Source: Octopus sinensis (taxonomy: Eukaryota). Taken from it: 64,000 nucleotides of DNA. Location of the stretch: NCBI RefSeq assembly GCF_006345805.1, contig NC_043004.1:92628001-92692000 (forward strand), written 5' to 3'. Made by a program: the position numbers and the translations under genes. Positions 26,572 to 40,610 of the stretch are shown here, piece by piece (the first letter of the stretch is position 1; every line of letters starts with the position of its first letter). The notes under the pieces are model-generated. The model saw only the letters and a program-made list of their open reading frames with translations. It was not told where the DNA came from and did no database searches.

Positions 26572-27440
26572 CTTTGCACAGCTTCTAACGCTGGAGATGT
26601 AATACTGTGTCAGCTGTTCACTACCAGTGAACTAAGGTAACACCTCTTATTTTTCAAGCACCTTCCAGAGTATTCGAGCGGTTCCAAGCAGTGCTGTTTT
26701 CTGCAAGTGCTCCACCTTTCTTGCAGCCCTTATTTGTTCCACGTACTTCTCGAGATTTCTGCTCACTCTTTCCAGGGCTCCGACAATTATTGGTACTAAT
26801 GCTACCTTTTTCATCGACCACAACTGCTTAACTTCCCAAGCTAACCTGTTATATCTTTCGACTTTTCTTTCTTCCTTATCGCATACCTTGTTGTCAGCTG
26901 TGCATGCTATATCTATGAACCAGCATAGTTTGTTTTTCTTTTCTCAATTAAGACTATGTCTGGCTTCATATTCTCTATTTCATGGTCGCACTGAATCATA
27001 AAATCCCATAGGATCATTGTATTTCTATTTTCGACAATGCCTTCAGGTTGGTCGTACCAATTTCTTGTTCTGTCAAGTCCATACTTGTTGCAAAATGTCC
27101 AATGGACAAGCCTGGCTATATTGTCGTGGCGTCTATCATATTCCTTCTGGGCTAGTGGCGTACATTGGCTGATATTATGCCATACGGTTTCATCGTTTTG
27201 TCCACAGATTCTACACTTATCACTTTCTGCTGTGCTGTCTATTTTGTATTTTATGTAGTTTGTTCTTAGTGCTTGCTCTTGGGCCTCTGTTTCCGGTTTT
27301 AATTCATTTTTAACCACAGCCATCTTTTTTGTCTGCCTGTCTTATCTTCAACATCCCTATGAAATTGACCATGCATTCTTTTCTTTACCCACCTATTTTC
27401 AGTTTCATTCGTTTTCAATTTTTTGTATAGTGCTTCATCT
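26572..27440 (-). mobile_element. 5'-truncated Dong/R4 LINE, different subfamily
   Basis: KCRICGQNDETVWHNISQC..RRHDNIARLVHW..ILWDFMIQCDHEIENMKPDIVLI. The tail is (TAA)n on the - strand. Confidence 0.9.
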
Positions 27441-27489
27441 TTCCAATCTTTCATCCTACACAAGCCTTACCTTCTTACTTCTAATAATC

Positions 27490-27695
27490 TTTTCTACTCT
27501 AGGCACAAGGCACAAACTTTTGGGGAGATGGGGCCATCGATTAGATCGACCTGTGTATGCAACCGGTACTTTATTTATCGACCTTGAAAGGATGAAAGGC
27601 CAAATTGACCTCGGCGGAATTTGAACTCAGAACGTAAAGACAAACGAAATACCGCTAAGCATTTCGCCCGGCGTGCTAACCTTTCTGCCAGCGGT
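27490..27695 (-). mobile_element. Group B SINE
   Basis: gaaaggcaaattgacctcggcggaatttgaactcagaacg..cgcccggcgtgctaac segment. Confidence 0.8.
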
Positions 27696-27899
27696 TTTGT
27701 GGTATCTTTTACGGAGATTTTACCCGTTTGCCCAATTAACTCAAATAATTTGGGGAAAAAATCATGATCAGCTATGGATTGATATTTTAGCCTATGGCAT
27801 CTCTCGCTTTTCGTCGCCCCTAACCTGGAGCACTAACATATGGCTTAGCTTGAAACACTTAGGTAAATAATAATAAAAGAAAAAGAAAGAAAATAATTA

Positions 27900-28304
27900 G
27901 GCGCAGGAGTAGCTGTGTGGTAAGTAGCTTGCTAACCAACCACATGGTTCCGGGTTCAGTCCCACTGCGTGGCACCTTGGGCAAGTGTCTTCTGCTATAG
28001 CCCCGGGCCGACCAATGCCTTGTGAGTGGATTTGGTAGACGGAAACTGAAAGAAGCCTGTCGTATATATGTATATATATATATGTGTATGTGTTTGTGTC
28101 TCTGTGTTTGTCCCCCTAGCATTGCTTGACAACCGATGCTGGTGTGTTTATGTCCCCGTTACTTAGCGGTTCGGCCAAAGAGACCGATAGAATAAGTACT
28201 GGGCTTACAAAAGAATAAGTCCCGGGGTCGATTTGCTCGAATAAAGGCGGTGCTCCAGCATGGCCACAGTCAAATGACTGAAACAAGTAAAAGAGTAAAA
28301 GAGT
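27900..28304 (+). mobile_element. Group A tRNA-derived SINE, full length
   Basis: Head ggcgcaggagtagctgtgtggtaag with B-box-like gggttcagtccc, a CORE-like ccttgggcaagtg segment, an internal (TA)/(TG) tract and an (AAAGAGTA) tail. Confidence 0.92.
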
Positions 28305-28619
28305 TTAAAATATCGTTCATAGTCATTGAAAATAAAGTAAAATACTTTCATGCAAGGGAGAGAGTATAACAAAGGAAACCTGGGATATAGAAAACATGAA
28401 AACAGACCAGAACATTTTTACTGTTTCGAAAAAGAAACAGCCACTGTACACACAAAATACAGCCGTTGTTTGAATGAAGTAGATCACTCATTAAAGATCC
28501 TAGGTGAGTGAAATATTCCATGAATAACTCAGTGGCACGTTCACTTCCTCGCTGAAACAAATATAGTTGTAGCTTTACATGAAGCCGTTGCAGTCATCAG
28601 TTACATTGACATAGAAGAA

Positions 28620-29000
28620 ACCATTGTAAATAATGCCATAGACAAAACTGGTAGTAGTAGCAGGTCCTGGTGGCTTTCCAGTACTTTTCCTTTAAAAATG
28701 TGAAAAAGTCTCTAGCTAAATCCTTCAGTTACTTTTCTAAACATCTTAGTTATTTTTCCCAAATTTTCTAGGAAGTGGTACAATACAAGAAAAAAGGAAC
28801 ATCTACTAAGAAAGGAAGTAGAGCTGATATAAAATAGTAAAGACCAATATCTCTGATTTCATACATCAGGAAGAAACTTATAACGTTCCTAGGTAAAAAA
28901 TAACCAGCTATATGAAACCCAACATGGTTTCCACTCAGAAAGAAGCTACCCTACACAAGTGTTGCAACATTATAGCTGGATGCTCAAGTAGCTACTCATC
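28620..29000 (+). mobile_element. Decayed CR1/Jockey-type reverse transcriptase fragment
   Basis: AGPGGFP, RPISLISY and QHGFHSERS motifs with stops and frameshifts. Confidence 0.65.
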
Positions 29001-30512
29001 CAATAGAATATGCTGATACCTCAACCATCATGCTGTTGTGAAAAATATTGCGTTTTCCTTTTTTCACCAGTCAGAGCGAACATACACAGCCATCAAGTCT
29101 CTGGTAAAAACTTCTCTAGTATAAATACATCGCACAGATAGCTGGGCAAATGTCCCATATATTCAACATTCCATAGATTCGGTATTCGTTTTGTTAGGGA
29201 CTATGCTGGATATTCCTTCAATCAGTAATTTATAGTGTGATGTGCTGTGTCGTTCTGAACATGTCTTTCATCTGCTATCAATTCCGGTTGTGTAATACTC
29301 TTGTATTGAGAAAGCCAAAATTGACTAAGCATACCTATGATCAAACACTTTTCCAATGTAGCCATAACCATAGACTATTTAGATATTGTGTATCTAAGGT
29401 ATATGTCCATTTTAAAAATAATAAGAAGCTATTTGAAAGAGATTTGGCTTATGTAGAAACAGTTCAAGTAGACGCATCTGGTAAGCAATATTTGCCTCGT
29501 TTCACTACTTGTTTTTGGTTGTTTCCATCTGAATATCATTTGAGATCAATAAGGCTGTTGAAGTGGCTTACACTATTTTGGTATCTGTATTTTTTTATCG
29601 CATATATCTTTAAGACTGACTGACGAAGATGGTTTTCGAACATTGTTGTAATATTAACTATATTCATTGAAAATATTTCTGGAGTGTTAAAGTATGATTT
29701 GACATTGCTGAAAGGAGCTGTTTCAGATTGCAAATGGTTGCAACAACGATTGTAGCACATATACATGTCGTCACTAGCGTTCTTGGCTAAGTTTATCAGG
29801 CTTTTCGTGAAATAGTTCAATATATAATAATGTTTCTACAACTGAATCTAGAGAGCACTTACAATAAATACTTGTGTATTTAGAAATAACATGTTAGTTT
29901 CGTGTTCCTGTACGTTTTGCACAATTACTATAAGGAGAAGAGGGCAGAGTGTGGTGGCGATGGGGGTGGATGGTACTAAGGAAGAGAGGAAGAAGCGCGG
30001 GGTGGGAGAAAAAGAGGAGGAAGAAATATACAAAGATGGTTATTAAATGATAGTAAAAAAATCACTCCAAAAATGACCGTCTTTCATTCGAGGAAAAAAT
30101 TATTTTCTATATTGGCTGACAAAATCAGTTTAGGAAAAAGAAAAACATCGAACATTTAAATCTGCCAGGCATAAAGTAGCTAGAATATAATATGAGAAAG
30201 ACTGATAGCTAAATAGTGGCAACTTGATACTGTGAAATAAAACAGATATCATCTATAGCATATATCAATTCTTCAGGGGCAGTATTAAGTAGAATGCATT
30301 CAGAACATTATAAAAGGTGTTATTGATCAATTTCCATAAATATTCACACACAAAGACATACATTTGTATATGTATAAGTATAAGTACAGATACATATATA
30401 CACATACATGTATATATACACATCCATATATACTAGATGCATAAATAAATGTATGAATGTATGTGTGTGTATATATGCGTGTGTGTGTATATATATATTA
30501 TATATACATATT

Positions 30513-30591
<79 letters not shown>

Positions 30592-30592
30592 G

Positions 30593-30635
<43 letters not shown>

Positions 30636-30877
30636 GTGTGGTGTGTGTACATATAATTATATTTATCTATAAATGTTATACATACACAAGTGTGTGTACG
30701 TGTGTGAGTTTATGTGTGTGCAGATATACATATATGCAAAGCTGTGTATGATAATATTTGTATGTTTGTGTGTGGGGGTAGATGTGTGAGCACAGACCAT
30801 ATATTATATAATTCACTGTCGGGGGATTCTACATTTTTTAAAAACATTTTACAAACACATGCATTTATATATGTATG

Positions 30878-30996
<119 letters not shown>

Positions 30997-31071
30997 CTAA
31001 TATATACAATATGCGTATATACATACACTCATGCATACATATATACATATATGTATGTATTTATGTATGTT

Positions 31072-31117
<46 letters not shown>

Positions 31118-32087
31118 TGCGTGTATGTGCGTACTAGTCTAATATTTGCGTACTATGTATGTGCATACTAGTCCAATAATTCCTATTCAACTAGTTGTCT
31201 ATCAATATATCTGGCATGTATCATCCGTCTACCTACCTCACTTTACCACCGCCAGTCATTCCCCCATACATGGATACTCCACAGTGTATCTATATACAAA
31301 TATATCCAGAAATATGCATATATTTCTATCTTAGTGAATATTTTCGTGTATACGTGTGCCAGTATGTGCGTTGCTTGCCTGTGTGTCTGTGTCTGTGTGT
31401 GCCAGTATCTATATATTTGTGTTACATTTTATCCTTATATTTGTTATCTAGCAAACTAGTTGGTCGGCTATCAGTCGATTTGAATATATGTCTATGCATC
31501 TATACGTCAGTTTCTGAATGTTACTCTACTCATTCAAAAATCGCATGTACTCTTTCTGCCCCTCACACTCCTTCCTTAAAAAACTATATATGAGGATTCA
31601 TACATATACATGTGAATATATAACATGCCAGTGTGTGAGAGAGACAGAGAAAGAGAGAGCAACAAAGAGACCGAGTGAGATAGAAATTTGTTTGCTTGTT
31701 GTATAAAAATAAACTCGAATATAACTAAATGCTAGTTTACTATGAATTGGAATATTTTAAATAAATTGTTATTTGTGCTGACAAAAGAAAACTTGATTAT
31801 TGACAAGGAGAACAATATTTACTAATTGCTCTTAACTTTACTCAATTAGGAGCAACCAATAAAGATTCAGAAATGGAAATCATCTTCATTGCACATAAAA
31901 ATATAGTCAATTGTGATCTGGCTATATGGGTAAAAATACTTCAGTTAGACTAATCAGTCTAAATGAATATTGGCAAGGTAAACAAATATACAATGATACA
32001 CCATGTGCGAAACTAAAGCGACTCCTTTAAGTAGAATTTATCTGGACGGAGGGACAAAAATTAAGCCGAGTGATTTGTTGTTTTATA

Positions 32088-32378
32088 TCTTTATATATAT
32101 AAAACCGAGAATGTGTATCTGTCTGTCTGTGAGTTTCCCTAAAACTTGAGAACTACACAACCAATTTCATTCAAATTTTACACATGCCTTACTTAAGGTC
32201 TGTATGTTGGCTGCTCAAGAGTAGGAACCAAAAGAAACCTTTTGTATATGCTCCATAAGGAAAAACAAGGAACATTGTTTACAACGAGGTGTTATAATCT
32301 CAACAGCCAGGAGGTATATACATGATCCCCTTTTTTTTAACAAACTTCATGTACTTTCATGTATTTATATTAATATAC

Positions 32379-32420
<42 letters not shown>

Positions 32421-32506
32421 GTGTGTGTGTATCCATATATATATATAACAGAAAAGTCTAATTCTTCAATTGAATGTAACCGGGCAAGGCCGGGTATCTC
32501 TGCTAG
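32088..32506 (+). mobile_element. Non-autonomous Helitron-type element
   Basis: 5' A|TC tttatatatataaaa start with (TCTG) repeat, subterminal ccgggcaaggccggg hairpin and 3' CTAG|T end. Confidence 0.65.
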
Positions 32507-32559
32507 TGTTATATAAATCAAAGTATAAATTCCTTTATTTCTTAAGAAATATAAATCTG

Positions 32560-33110
32560 CAACTGAAAAGCTTGAACGGAAAATTTAAAGAACATCGGAC
32601 TACTTTTATTGCCGAAACTGGCCTCATAACCGTCAACTTCATAGATGTCACCTTGAATCTAAATAATTCTCAAGCGATCTTTAACTAGAGTCCAATGTAA
32701 CACCACGTAAACAAACATTCTAACCACCCTAGGAATATTAACAATAATTTTGTTAAGAATATTTTCTGGTATTATTCAAACTATCTACAAAACAATAAAT
32801 TCGTTTAATTACTATAACGATGCTTTCTTTCTCATTGTAGTAAATTTCAGTATAACGTGGATTGTGTAAAAAATATGTTAAATTGAAACTAAACAAAAAG
32901 ACATATACAATATGGCTTAATCTGCTATGCAATTTAACTGTTTTTATAGAACTGCAAAAATATTTTTTTTATTCTATTAAAGGAACATTTTCTATCACAA
33001 TACAGATATAAACTATTTAGCAAAAATTACATCAATATCTCAGGTTGCATTAGCCCTAATTTTGGAGTAATTCTTAAACTTAATTTGCCTAATTTTATCA
33101 TTTTAATTGC
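32560..33110 (+). mobile_element. Decayed Penelope-like RT/linker fragment
   Basis: TVNFIDVTLNL, HVNKHSNHP and IW.N..KLFSKN..ISGC motifs match the Penelope NFLDVTLNL/SNHP/IWFNPP/KIFNRN series. Confidence 0.7.
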
Positions 33111-33497
33111 ATTAACCCAAATAATTATCTATTAAACAGCAACCCATACGTTCATAGGTAGGTCACAGTTTTTATCAAAAACTGGCGCGAAAAGCCTACG
33201 TATTACTTATTTACCGAAGTATGCACTAATTCACACCACGTACTACAGCACATACACATATAAATGCATACGCGTGCGCGCACACATACACATCGGCAAG
33301 TAATGTAAAGCGAATTGATTATGACGCTAATCAGTCTAAATGAATATTGGCGCTGTAAACAAATATACATCGATATATCATGTGCGAAACTAAAGCGACT
33401 CCTTTAAGTAGAATTCAATTCTGCTACAAAACAAACATGCTTGTGATGAGACGAGACAGTGTATATATATATACGCCCTCCACTTTTGCGAAATATA

Positions 33498-33733
33498 TAC
33501 TCTTTTACTCTTTTAATTGTTTCAGTCATTTGACTGCGGCCATGCTGGAGCACCGCCTTAATCGAGCAACTCGACCCTGGACTTATCTTTTGTAAGCCCA
33601 GTACTTATTCTATCGGTCTCTTTTGCCGAAACGCTAAGTGACGGGGACATAACACACCAGCATCGGTTGTCAAGTAATGCTAGGGGGACAAACACAGACA
33701 AACAAACACACACACACACACACACACACACAT

Positions 33734-33808
<75 letters not shown>

Positions 33809-33968
33809 CATATATACGACGGGCTTCTTTCATTCCGTCTACCAAATCCACTCACAAGGCTTTGGTCGGCCCGAGGCTATAGTAGAAGGCACTTGCCCAA
33901 GGTGCCACGCAGTGGGACTGAACCCGGAACCATGTGGTTGGTAAACAAGCTACTTACCACACAGCCAC
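33498..33968 (-). mobile_element. Group A SINE with expanded internal microsatellite
   Basis: Reverse complement of the 27900 element. Confidence 0.9.
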
Positions 33969-34039
33969 ATATGCATATATTATCAATATTGACGATTTCA
34001 AAGTACCAGCTAATCTGTTCGTTCCAGATATAGATCGAA

Positions 34040-34304
34040 GAGACATTGCTATGATGTATCTGATCACTGGAGTTTGCTGTGGAGTGAGATTGGCTAATTT
34101 AGTTTTGATATGCCGGAAATTAAATTTACAGAGTATCATGTCGCGATCCGAGAGCAGAGTCTTTTCAACTGAAATGCTGTGAATGGAGCTAGAGTAGTTT
34201 GTTAATATTAGATCCGAGATCGTTTTATTCTGCATTGCTCGTTCGAGCACTAGCTGTGTCAGGTAAAATTCATCCATTAGATTAAAGAATAATTCTACTG
34301 TTAC

Positions 34305-34352
<48 letters not shown>

Positions 34353-35100
34353 GTTGTTGTTGTTAAGCAACAAAACGGGAAAGGATGATTAGGTGATGGT
34401 CTAGGGCTTAGGACAAAAAAAAATTTGGTCGTCTTGTTGTAGTCGGGGGCTCTTCGTTGACTCCCGGCATCACTGGGAGGTGGTCCTCAAAGTCGCTGGA
34501 AATGGAAATCTCCAGGTCCAAATTCTTGAACGGCTGCTGTTGTTGCTGCTTTGTCTGGTATAGTGCAGTTGCCTAACTTCAGAGTATTTGCGGGCCGGTT
34601 TGTATAAGGGAGGTTAAAATCACCCATCCCCAGTATGTTTCCGTAGTTTTATTTTTGAAGGAAGGACTTGATTATGTTCAGGCATTCTTCAAAGCACTTT
34701 CGAGGTGTTTGGAGAGGTCTGTAGAGACCAACAATGGTTATGTCGTTGGCCATGTTGAACAGTTATATGGATTAACAGTAGCCATTGGAAAATACTTCCT
34801 TAACATCTACTGTAAAATAGTCATGGAGAAAGATGGCTGTTCCTCCTTTATTTCGGCCTGTGCGATCTGCACGGATGATGGTGAAATCTTTTTATTTTCA
34901 CCTCGGCATCCACGTGAGTGCTGTTTAGGTGAGTTTCAGTAAAGATAAAGAAAGGGATGCAGTGTGCCGTTTCATGAAGCCAACTCTCTATGTATGGAAT
35001 CTTCCATTTTGGACTAATGAGTGATGGATTGATGCAACTTACATTTAACAGGAATATCGAGGCAAGAATAGCTTGATGTTTATATTGTTCTAAGTGCTTA
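34040..35100 (-). mobile_element. Decayed apurinic-endonuclease region of a CR1/Jockey-type LINE
   Basis: LLNV..IFTETHL, VGLYRP and ISDLILTN..LSDRDMI motifs in order, interrupted by a (GTT)n tract. Confidence 0.7.
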
Positions 35101-35388
35101 GACTTATTGTTTTTCAGAGGTAGTAGTTTTTGTATGGAGTTCTGTGTGTGTGTGTGATGTTCTGGTTGACTGTAGGTGTGTGTTCCTTGTGTCTTGCATA
35201 TACGCTCATGACAGTTCATTGGATCTCCTGGCTCGGGTCGGCCGTGTGTGTGTGGTGAGGAGGATATGTGCGTATATTTATACGTGATTGACGGAAATGT
35301 TGTACCCATTCAATTTTGCATCTTTTCTTCCTAGTTCAATTTGATTTAGTTTCTTACCTACGTTTCTGGAAACATATCAACGTATCAG

Positions 35389-35442
<54 letters not shown>

Positions 35443-35512
35443 CATATCCATATACATATATATATATGTGTAATATATATATATATATTGTAGATATATA
35501 TTATATATATAC

Positions 35513-35543
<31 letters not shown>

Positions 35544-36512
35544 TGTATGTATGTATGTATGTTGTATGTATGTATGTTTGTTTGTATGTATGTATATGAG
35601 TCTGTGTATGAGTGCATGTATGCGTATGGATATTGAAAAAACAAAATGAAAATTATAAATGTAAATACTGTCATATTTTTTCTCTGATAAAGTTTTCAAA
35701 GAATTTTCGTCTCTATGTTTTTCTATTATAAATTTACTCGTGTGAAACCTCTTAACCTTGTATATATACATGTGTGAGTGTGTGCATAAGAGTGTGTGTA
35801 TACGTGTGTGTGTGTACGTGCGTGTGTGCATGCGTGTGTACATGCGTGTGTGTGTGTGTGTGTGTAATCGTCTATCTTACCATCAATCTATTCAATCTAT
35901 CTATGTTTCTTCCTATTTCACCCTTCTATAAGAATTAGAGTGAAAGGTGGAAAAATCTCTGATCCTCTCTCAAAAGAAAAACCTTTTATCAAGAAGCTTT
36001 CAGATCAAAATTTTCTCTGCACTGTTTCACAGACGCAATGCTGGAAAGTTCCGTTATTATCTATCAGCGTAAAACCACACATTCGCAATTTTTGCTAACG
36101 TCAGAACTGACGTCAGAGCGGCTAGATCTGATAGTAGCACAGTCTTAATTATTTTCGTTCTGATGTTTTAAAGAACCAGATCATCGTTGAGAATAATGCA
36201 GAGGATGAAATAGGAGAAACTAAATAGAGACTTATTTGTCCAAATAGATAATTTAGACAAATAAGTATAATTCGATTAGTGCGATTAAATGTTGAGTAGA
36301 GTACCGACACAGAATAGCATAGATTGTCCACACTTTGAATTCTTCAACAGTTTAGTCTACGTGTTGGTATCCGCAGTTGTGATATACTTCCGTTGGATCT
36401 ACTTCAGGATCTCCGCAGTGGGAGTTAGGGTAATAGCATTAATTAATAGTAGGAGATGGATTATAACAAGCCAGCTGACACTAAAAATCTCTAGTGAGAC
36501 TTCTTTATCAAT

Positions 36513-36557
36513 GTACCTGAAGAGACCTAGACTGATGGGTCGAAACATATGTTGTAC
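36513..36557 (+). ncRNA. Minimal type I hammerhead ribozyme motif, canonical core
   Basis: GTAC-CTGAAGA-GACC(tagactgatg)GGTC-GAAA-C(ATAT)G-TT-GTAC. Flanked by a 21-bp perfect inverted repeat at 36442-36462 and 36578-36598. Confidence 0.7.
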
Positions 36558-36597
36558 CTAATAAAAGTCTTATATGAAATCCATCTCCTACTATTAA

Positions 36598-36671
<74 letters not shown>

Positions 36672-37129
36672 TCGGTAAATGGTGAGGTTGTGTTGACCGC
36701 ACGTGGAGAAATGATGGGTATATGGAAAATTAAAAAAGAAAAAATAATAAATCAAACCGGTTTTTATGGCAAGGCAAATTTTCAAGATTTGGAAGGGGAA
36801 ACGAAAATTTTTTTTTTTTAATTGAGGAAGGGGAAAAAAAGAAATTTACAATGTTTTTTTCAAAAAAATAATAATAAACATATACAAAAATTAATAAATA
36901 AGTATACCAATACATTGTATAGTCTTTATGCTTTTAGAGTTCAATAATAGTCCTTGGAAAAACCTCTTTGGAGGATTAGGATGTGTGTGTTCAAATGTAG
37001 TGTTTAGTTTAAAGGGTTGGGTGAATGTGTGTCAAAACAGGAAATGGGGTATGAGTTATCCAGTTCCTGTGAGTAAGGGGAGACAATTCTGTGGATTTTA
37101 TGCTCTTTAATTGGAATGATGTATTATTT

Positions 37130-39764
37130 GTCAAACGGTATGCTTATAGGCTCCATAAGATACTCTTATAGACCCGATACTGGAAGCTGAACGCGTTCCG
37201 ACGCTTCAAGCTTTCGAAGACCTGCTTAGCAAGTTAGGTCCATCGGGTACAGTCGTCAACAACCGATGACGGAGAGCCCAAAATGGGTGATTAGAGTTGA
37301 AGCTGTAGAATTTAGCAAAGAATTAGCGATAGAGAAGGCAAGAGTAGAGGGAGATGTGTTAGGAAATTAGAAGAGGCATGAAGGTTGCACTGTCAGAACT
37401 AGGTTGCATGCTCTAAAGCAGGAGGGAACGAAAGCCGTTCGATGGGCCTGGTTGGCCGAGGCGCAACGTGGTAATAAAGCAACAATTCGGTCTCTGAGGG
37501 GTTTGGCTGGGCACATGTTGCACGAGTCGAAGCAGATATGTGCGGAATTTCAGCGGTACTTTGCTGAACTGTACGGGGCGTGCGGTGGCACGAAGGCGGA
37601 GGTGAACTTCACTTCCTACCATGATTGTATGCCACAGCTTTCGGTCAGGGACGTTAAGTTCTGCGAAATGCCGATGACAGCTGAAGATATACGTGACGCG
37701 TTTGCTGGTTGCACGAGGGAAAGATCTCCGGGATTGGATGGTCGGCCCTTCGAGATTTACATACATATGCCAGACTTGTTTGTTGAGCTTTTGGGAGACG
37801 TCTACCGCAACTGGCAGCCGAATGGGAGAATACCCAGATCTGTGAGCAGGGGTGTGGTGACGCTACTGAGAATGGATTCCAGCAAAGGGACATTGTTGAT
37901 AACTTTACGCCGGTAACTCTGCTAAATACAGATTACAAAATTTTGGCCAAGGTGTTAGCAAAGAGGTTGGTGCTTGTTGACTGACTAGTGGGTGCTGCGC
38001 AGACTTGCGCTATCCCCAGCAGAACTATACACGACAACTTCCATTTTACTCAGTACATCATAGAGAGGGTTGGTAAAGAACCTGGCATTTGGATCAATCG
38101 AAAGCTTTCGATAGAGTCGACCATCTGTACTTGGAGGCTGCCCTCAAGGCGGCTGGTTTCGGTCCCGTTTTCAGAGGTTGTATTGCTGCAATGTACAGCA
38201 TCATCTGTTCGGTAGTCAAAGTAAATGGCCACCTCTCGGAATCGTTTAGTATCGCACGTTCGTTCCGTCAAGGATGTTCACTTTCACTTGGAGAGGCAGG
38301 CCCAAACCAACTGACAGCGTGGTGGGGCGCTGGACGGAAGGACCTTTTAAGTTGCTCGGGTTTTGGTTCAGTCCAGACCTCCAAGTGGACAAGAACTAGG
38401 GCGAGGTGACGTGGCCAGACTCACCCAGAAATGGGCCGAGAGGAAGTTGTCCCTGAAACGTAGGGCGGAGGTGGCGATGCGTACATCGCATCCATCCGTC
38501 ATATACCACCGCCTGACTGTCGTCCCTTGTCCTGCTTCATGGCTGAACGGGTTGGTGCGTTTGCTCTTCTGCTTCTTGAGGATGGTAAAGGTACCGCTTG
38601 TCAGACGATCACTTTGCAGTTAGTCGTTGCGTAGAGGACTGGGCATGTCGTAGCTATGGTAGAGATGCGTAGACATGGGTTGAGGCTGCGACATCTCCAG
38701 CAATACCTTAACGGTGAGCAGGTGTGGTCGCCGTTTGTTGAACGCGCTTTTCCACATTTCGTCTCCTTGACGGAGCTACACAGTCCTGGATCAGGCGTAG
38801 ACCGAGGCAGGACGCTTGGCACCTAGAGTGTCTCCAAGTGCTCAAAACCTTCGGTAAGTCGACCAATGCGATAGGTGGAAGTTCCACCTTGGAGTTCTAT
38901 AGGGGATTAGTGGAGGGCAAGAGCGGCGATGTAATCGGAGAGGTCCTGGGCGTCACGAGGGATCAGCTGGCTGGTCTCTTCCGGACGACTTTCGGGCAGG
39001 GGACTATGGATAACTTCCAGAAATTCCTGGCCCAGCAGTTTTACGAGGAGGGGGGGCGCTGCCGGTTCGAGATAAGTTCTATAGGCACAGGTGTGCAGTC
39101 TGTCGGGCTCGTCCGGGATGCATGCGAAACGATGAAACCGTTCTGCATGTTCTCGTACAGTGTCCACATGTCCACATGTTCTCGTAGAGTGTCAACAGTT
39201 ATTGTCACAGGTAGGACGGACCCAGCTATTGTCCGAGTCCATTGTGAAGATCGCCCCACCTCCTTCCTTTGGCCGGAAAGGGAGGGCAATTTTTCTGTCT
39301 GGTGGCTATGACAAAAGAAGTTGTGCGGTGGACGCGATTGAAAGGGCTAAAGACGAGCACCTTCCACTTTGGCCGAAGCCTCGTTGACTTTTTCAGGTTC
39401 CACCTGAAAAGGGAAGTAAGGCTGGAGAGGGAGGTACTGTCACACAGTAAGTTTGGCGAAAGGTGGGTGAATGTGGAAAGAATGGCCCTCATGAATGAGC
39501 CAACTCTAAGTATGCTAAGTATACGCCTGTAGGCCAGATGAAAGGGGGAAGAGAGCATGCCTTCCTGATGAGCGACTGCTGTTAAGGGGTCCAAAGTGCA
39601 TGAGGTCTCTTTGGTCACCTTACGGTAGAGCTCCCGTCCATTGGGGAAGCATATTGCTGATTAAATCTCTTTGTTAATCGTTGTATTTACTGTTTACTCG
39701 TTTAACCTCTCGTCTGTGTATCATCCTCTGTTTTGTGTTCGGCCCTGATGGCCAATAAAGAAAG

Positions 39765-39766
<2 letters not shown>
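37130..39766 (+). mobile_element. 5'-truncated L1/Tx1-clade LINE, frameshifted
   Basis: SPGLDGRPFEIY, NTDYKILAKVLAKR, DQSKAFDRVDH and RQGC RT motifs, a C-terminal C..C..DETVLHVLVQC knuckle, then AATAAA and a (TAA)n tail. Confidence 0.88.
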
Positions 39767-39801
<35 letters not shown>

Positions 39802-39996
39802 TAATAATAATAATTATTATTATTATTATTATTATTTATTATTATATTATTATATTATTATTATAATTATTATTATATTATTATTATTATTATTAATATT
39901 ATATTATTATTAATATTATTATAATATTATTATTAATTATTATTATTATATTATTATTATTATTATCATTATTATTATTTATTATTATTATTATTA

Positions 39997-40027
<31 letters not shown>

Positions 40028-40183
40028 CATTATTATATTATTATTATTATTATATTATTATTATTAATATTAATATTATTATTATTATTAATATTATTAT
40101 TATTAATATTATTATTAAAATTATTATTATTATATTATATTATTATTATCATTATTATTATTATATATATATTATTATTATTA

Positions 40184-40220
<37 letters not shown>

Positions 40221-40246
40221 CATTATTATTATTATTATTATTATTA

Positions 40247-40278
<32 letters not shown>

Positions 40279-40388
40279 TATTATTATTATTAATATTATA
40301 TATATTATTATATTATTATTAATATTATTATTAAAATTATTATTATTATATTATTATTATTATATCATTATTATTATTATTATTATTA

Positions 40389-40420
<32 letters not shown>

Positions 40421-40578
40421 ATTATATATTATTATTATTATTATTATTATATTATTATTATTATTAATATTATTATTATTATTATTATATTATTATAATA
40501 TTATTATTAAAATTATTATTATTATATATTATTATTATTATCATTATTATTATTATTATATTATTATTATCATTATTA

Positions 40579-40610
<32 letters not shown>

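Noticed and set aside
37080-37100. TGTGGATT FoxH1-type site within the EGF-CFC intron
   Set aside because: A single 8-mer in repeat-rich sequence is expected by chance, and there is no paired site or conservation evidence.
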